64,000 bases of DNA from Lingula anatina (taxonomy: Eukaryota > Animalia > Brachiopoda): assembly GCA_051362555.1 (NCBI GenBank), contig CM120645.1:23340934-23404933 (forward strand), in the 5' to 3' direction. Shown in pieces: positions 62,998-64,000 of this stretch (position 1 is its first letter; every line of letters begins with the position of its first letter). Under the pieces are notes generated by a model, which ran no database searches, was not told where the DNA came from, and saw only the letters and a program-made list of their open reading frames with translations. Made by a program: the position numbers and the translations under genes.

Positions 62998-63220
62998 CTA
63001 CAAATATACAACAAGTTTATTAACATCTGCAGACTCAGAATTCAAGTTAATACAGTATGTATAAATTTACTAATTAAGTGTAAAGTTGAATGTAAATTAT
63101 GCAAAATATTGCCAATGTTATTGGAGGTATATCAACTTTATTAATTGGTCAAAATCTACTAATGTCAAAATTTCGTGCAACCCTGGAACTTATCTTGCTG
63201 TTTTCATAATACCCAGTGTT

Positions 63221-63435
63221 AGACCCCATTCCCAGAGATTAGATCGATCCAAACTAGATTGACCTAACTCCCTGAGGGTTCACGCTAAATAGCTGTCAGC
63301 CGAGCGGGCATGAAAGTTAATTACCCCCTTACAGCTTGCAGTAGGCGGGACGGACATTTAAGCCGGATTATCTGACAGTAATCTAGTGAGACTCCCCACG
63401 GGGATAGATCGATCTAAATGTCTGGGAATACGCCC
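63221..63435. mobile_element. MITE with inverted ends; partial relative at ~36430-36555
   Basis: attcccagagattagatcgatc ... gatcgatctaaatgtctgggaat; the internal taattaccccc...gtaggcg...acattt segment is shared with the 36436 region. Confidence 0.6.
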
Positions 63436-64000
63436 TTAAATTCACATATTTTCATCTAGTCTATAATTTGAATTCATAGTATTACCAGGGCAGCGTTATC
63501 TTACAAGTTATATCTCAGTCATCCAAGTCCTTTTTTTCCTTGCCTCATAACAGTAGCAAAGCAAGGTCAGCCCTTGAGATTGGATGACTCAATCCAGTGC
63601 TCACTTAGTAAATTTTTTATATAAACGTCAAGGTGCCCAGCATCATCCTAAACTTTGGCTATCAGTCAGAAGAAGGATGTTATGTCATCAATTCCAGACG
63701 TCTGCCATGCTGTAAAAGCCCACACGAAACAGTTCCACCCAAGATCTAAAGACCAAATACTGGTCTTAAATATTTGATAAAATCTTAAGTCTACTTTTAC
63801 CCCCCAATAAGCCAGTAAAAGTCCTCTTACTGGGAGTGAAAAAAAAAAAAAAGACTTGAGTTTTACTTTAAGACTAGCAATTTATTCGATCCGACCTCCA
63901 GGGATTTATCCTGAATTGAAAGTTGACCCAAATTTCCAGTCTGAAATTTTCCTGAGTATCCGACCCTAGGAAGACCTCCTATAAACCAGATCTAGGTGAT

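Overview
AT-rich, intron-containing animal genomic DNA, probably from an invertebrate; the taxon cannot be fixed from sequence alone. From left to right: (1) the C-terminal end of a + strand gene with a GPI-signal-like tail. (2) A tandem array of three 7-exon paralogues on the - strand (about 1.6-8.1, 13.7-20.3 and 27.8-34.0 kb). Each encodes an unusual architecture: N-terminal TIR domain, about seven TRAF-type zinc fingers, a long disordered linker (independently expanded tandem repeats in copies 1 and 2) and a C-terminal CARD/death-fold-like domain, with no RING or MATH domain. Copies 1 and 2 share a duplicated upstream block with clustered NF-kB and IRF-like sites. (3) A nucleostemin/GNL3-family GTPase gene (+), with a 391-aa antisense ORF nested in a large intron. 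(4) The 3' part of a p38 MAPK gene (TGY motif, - strand). It carries three tandem copies of the 'VDIWSVGC' exon, each followed by a U12-type 5' splice site, with a single downstream U12 branch point, suggesting three-way mutually exclusive splicing through U12/U2 incompatibility. Many MITEs and other non-autonomous DNA elements are interspersed. Exon coordinates were read by eye; no database search was run.
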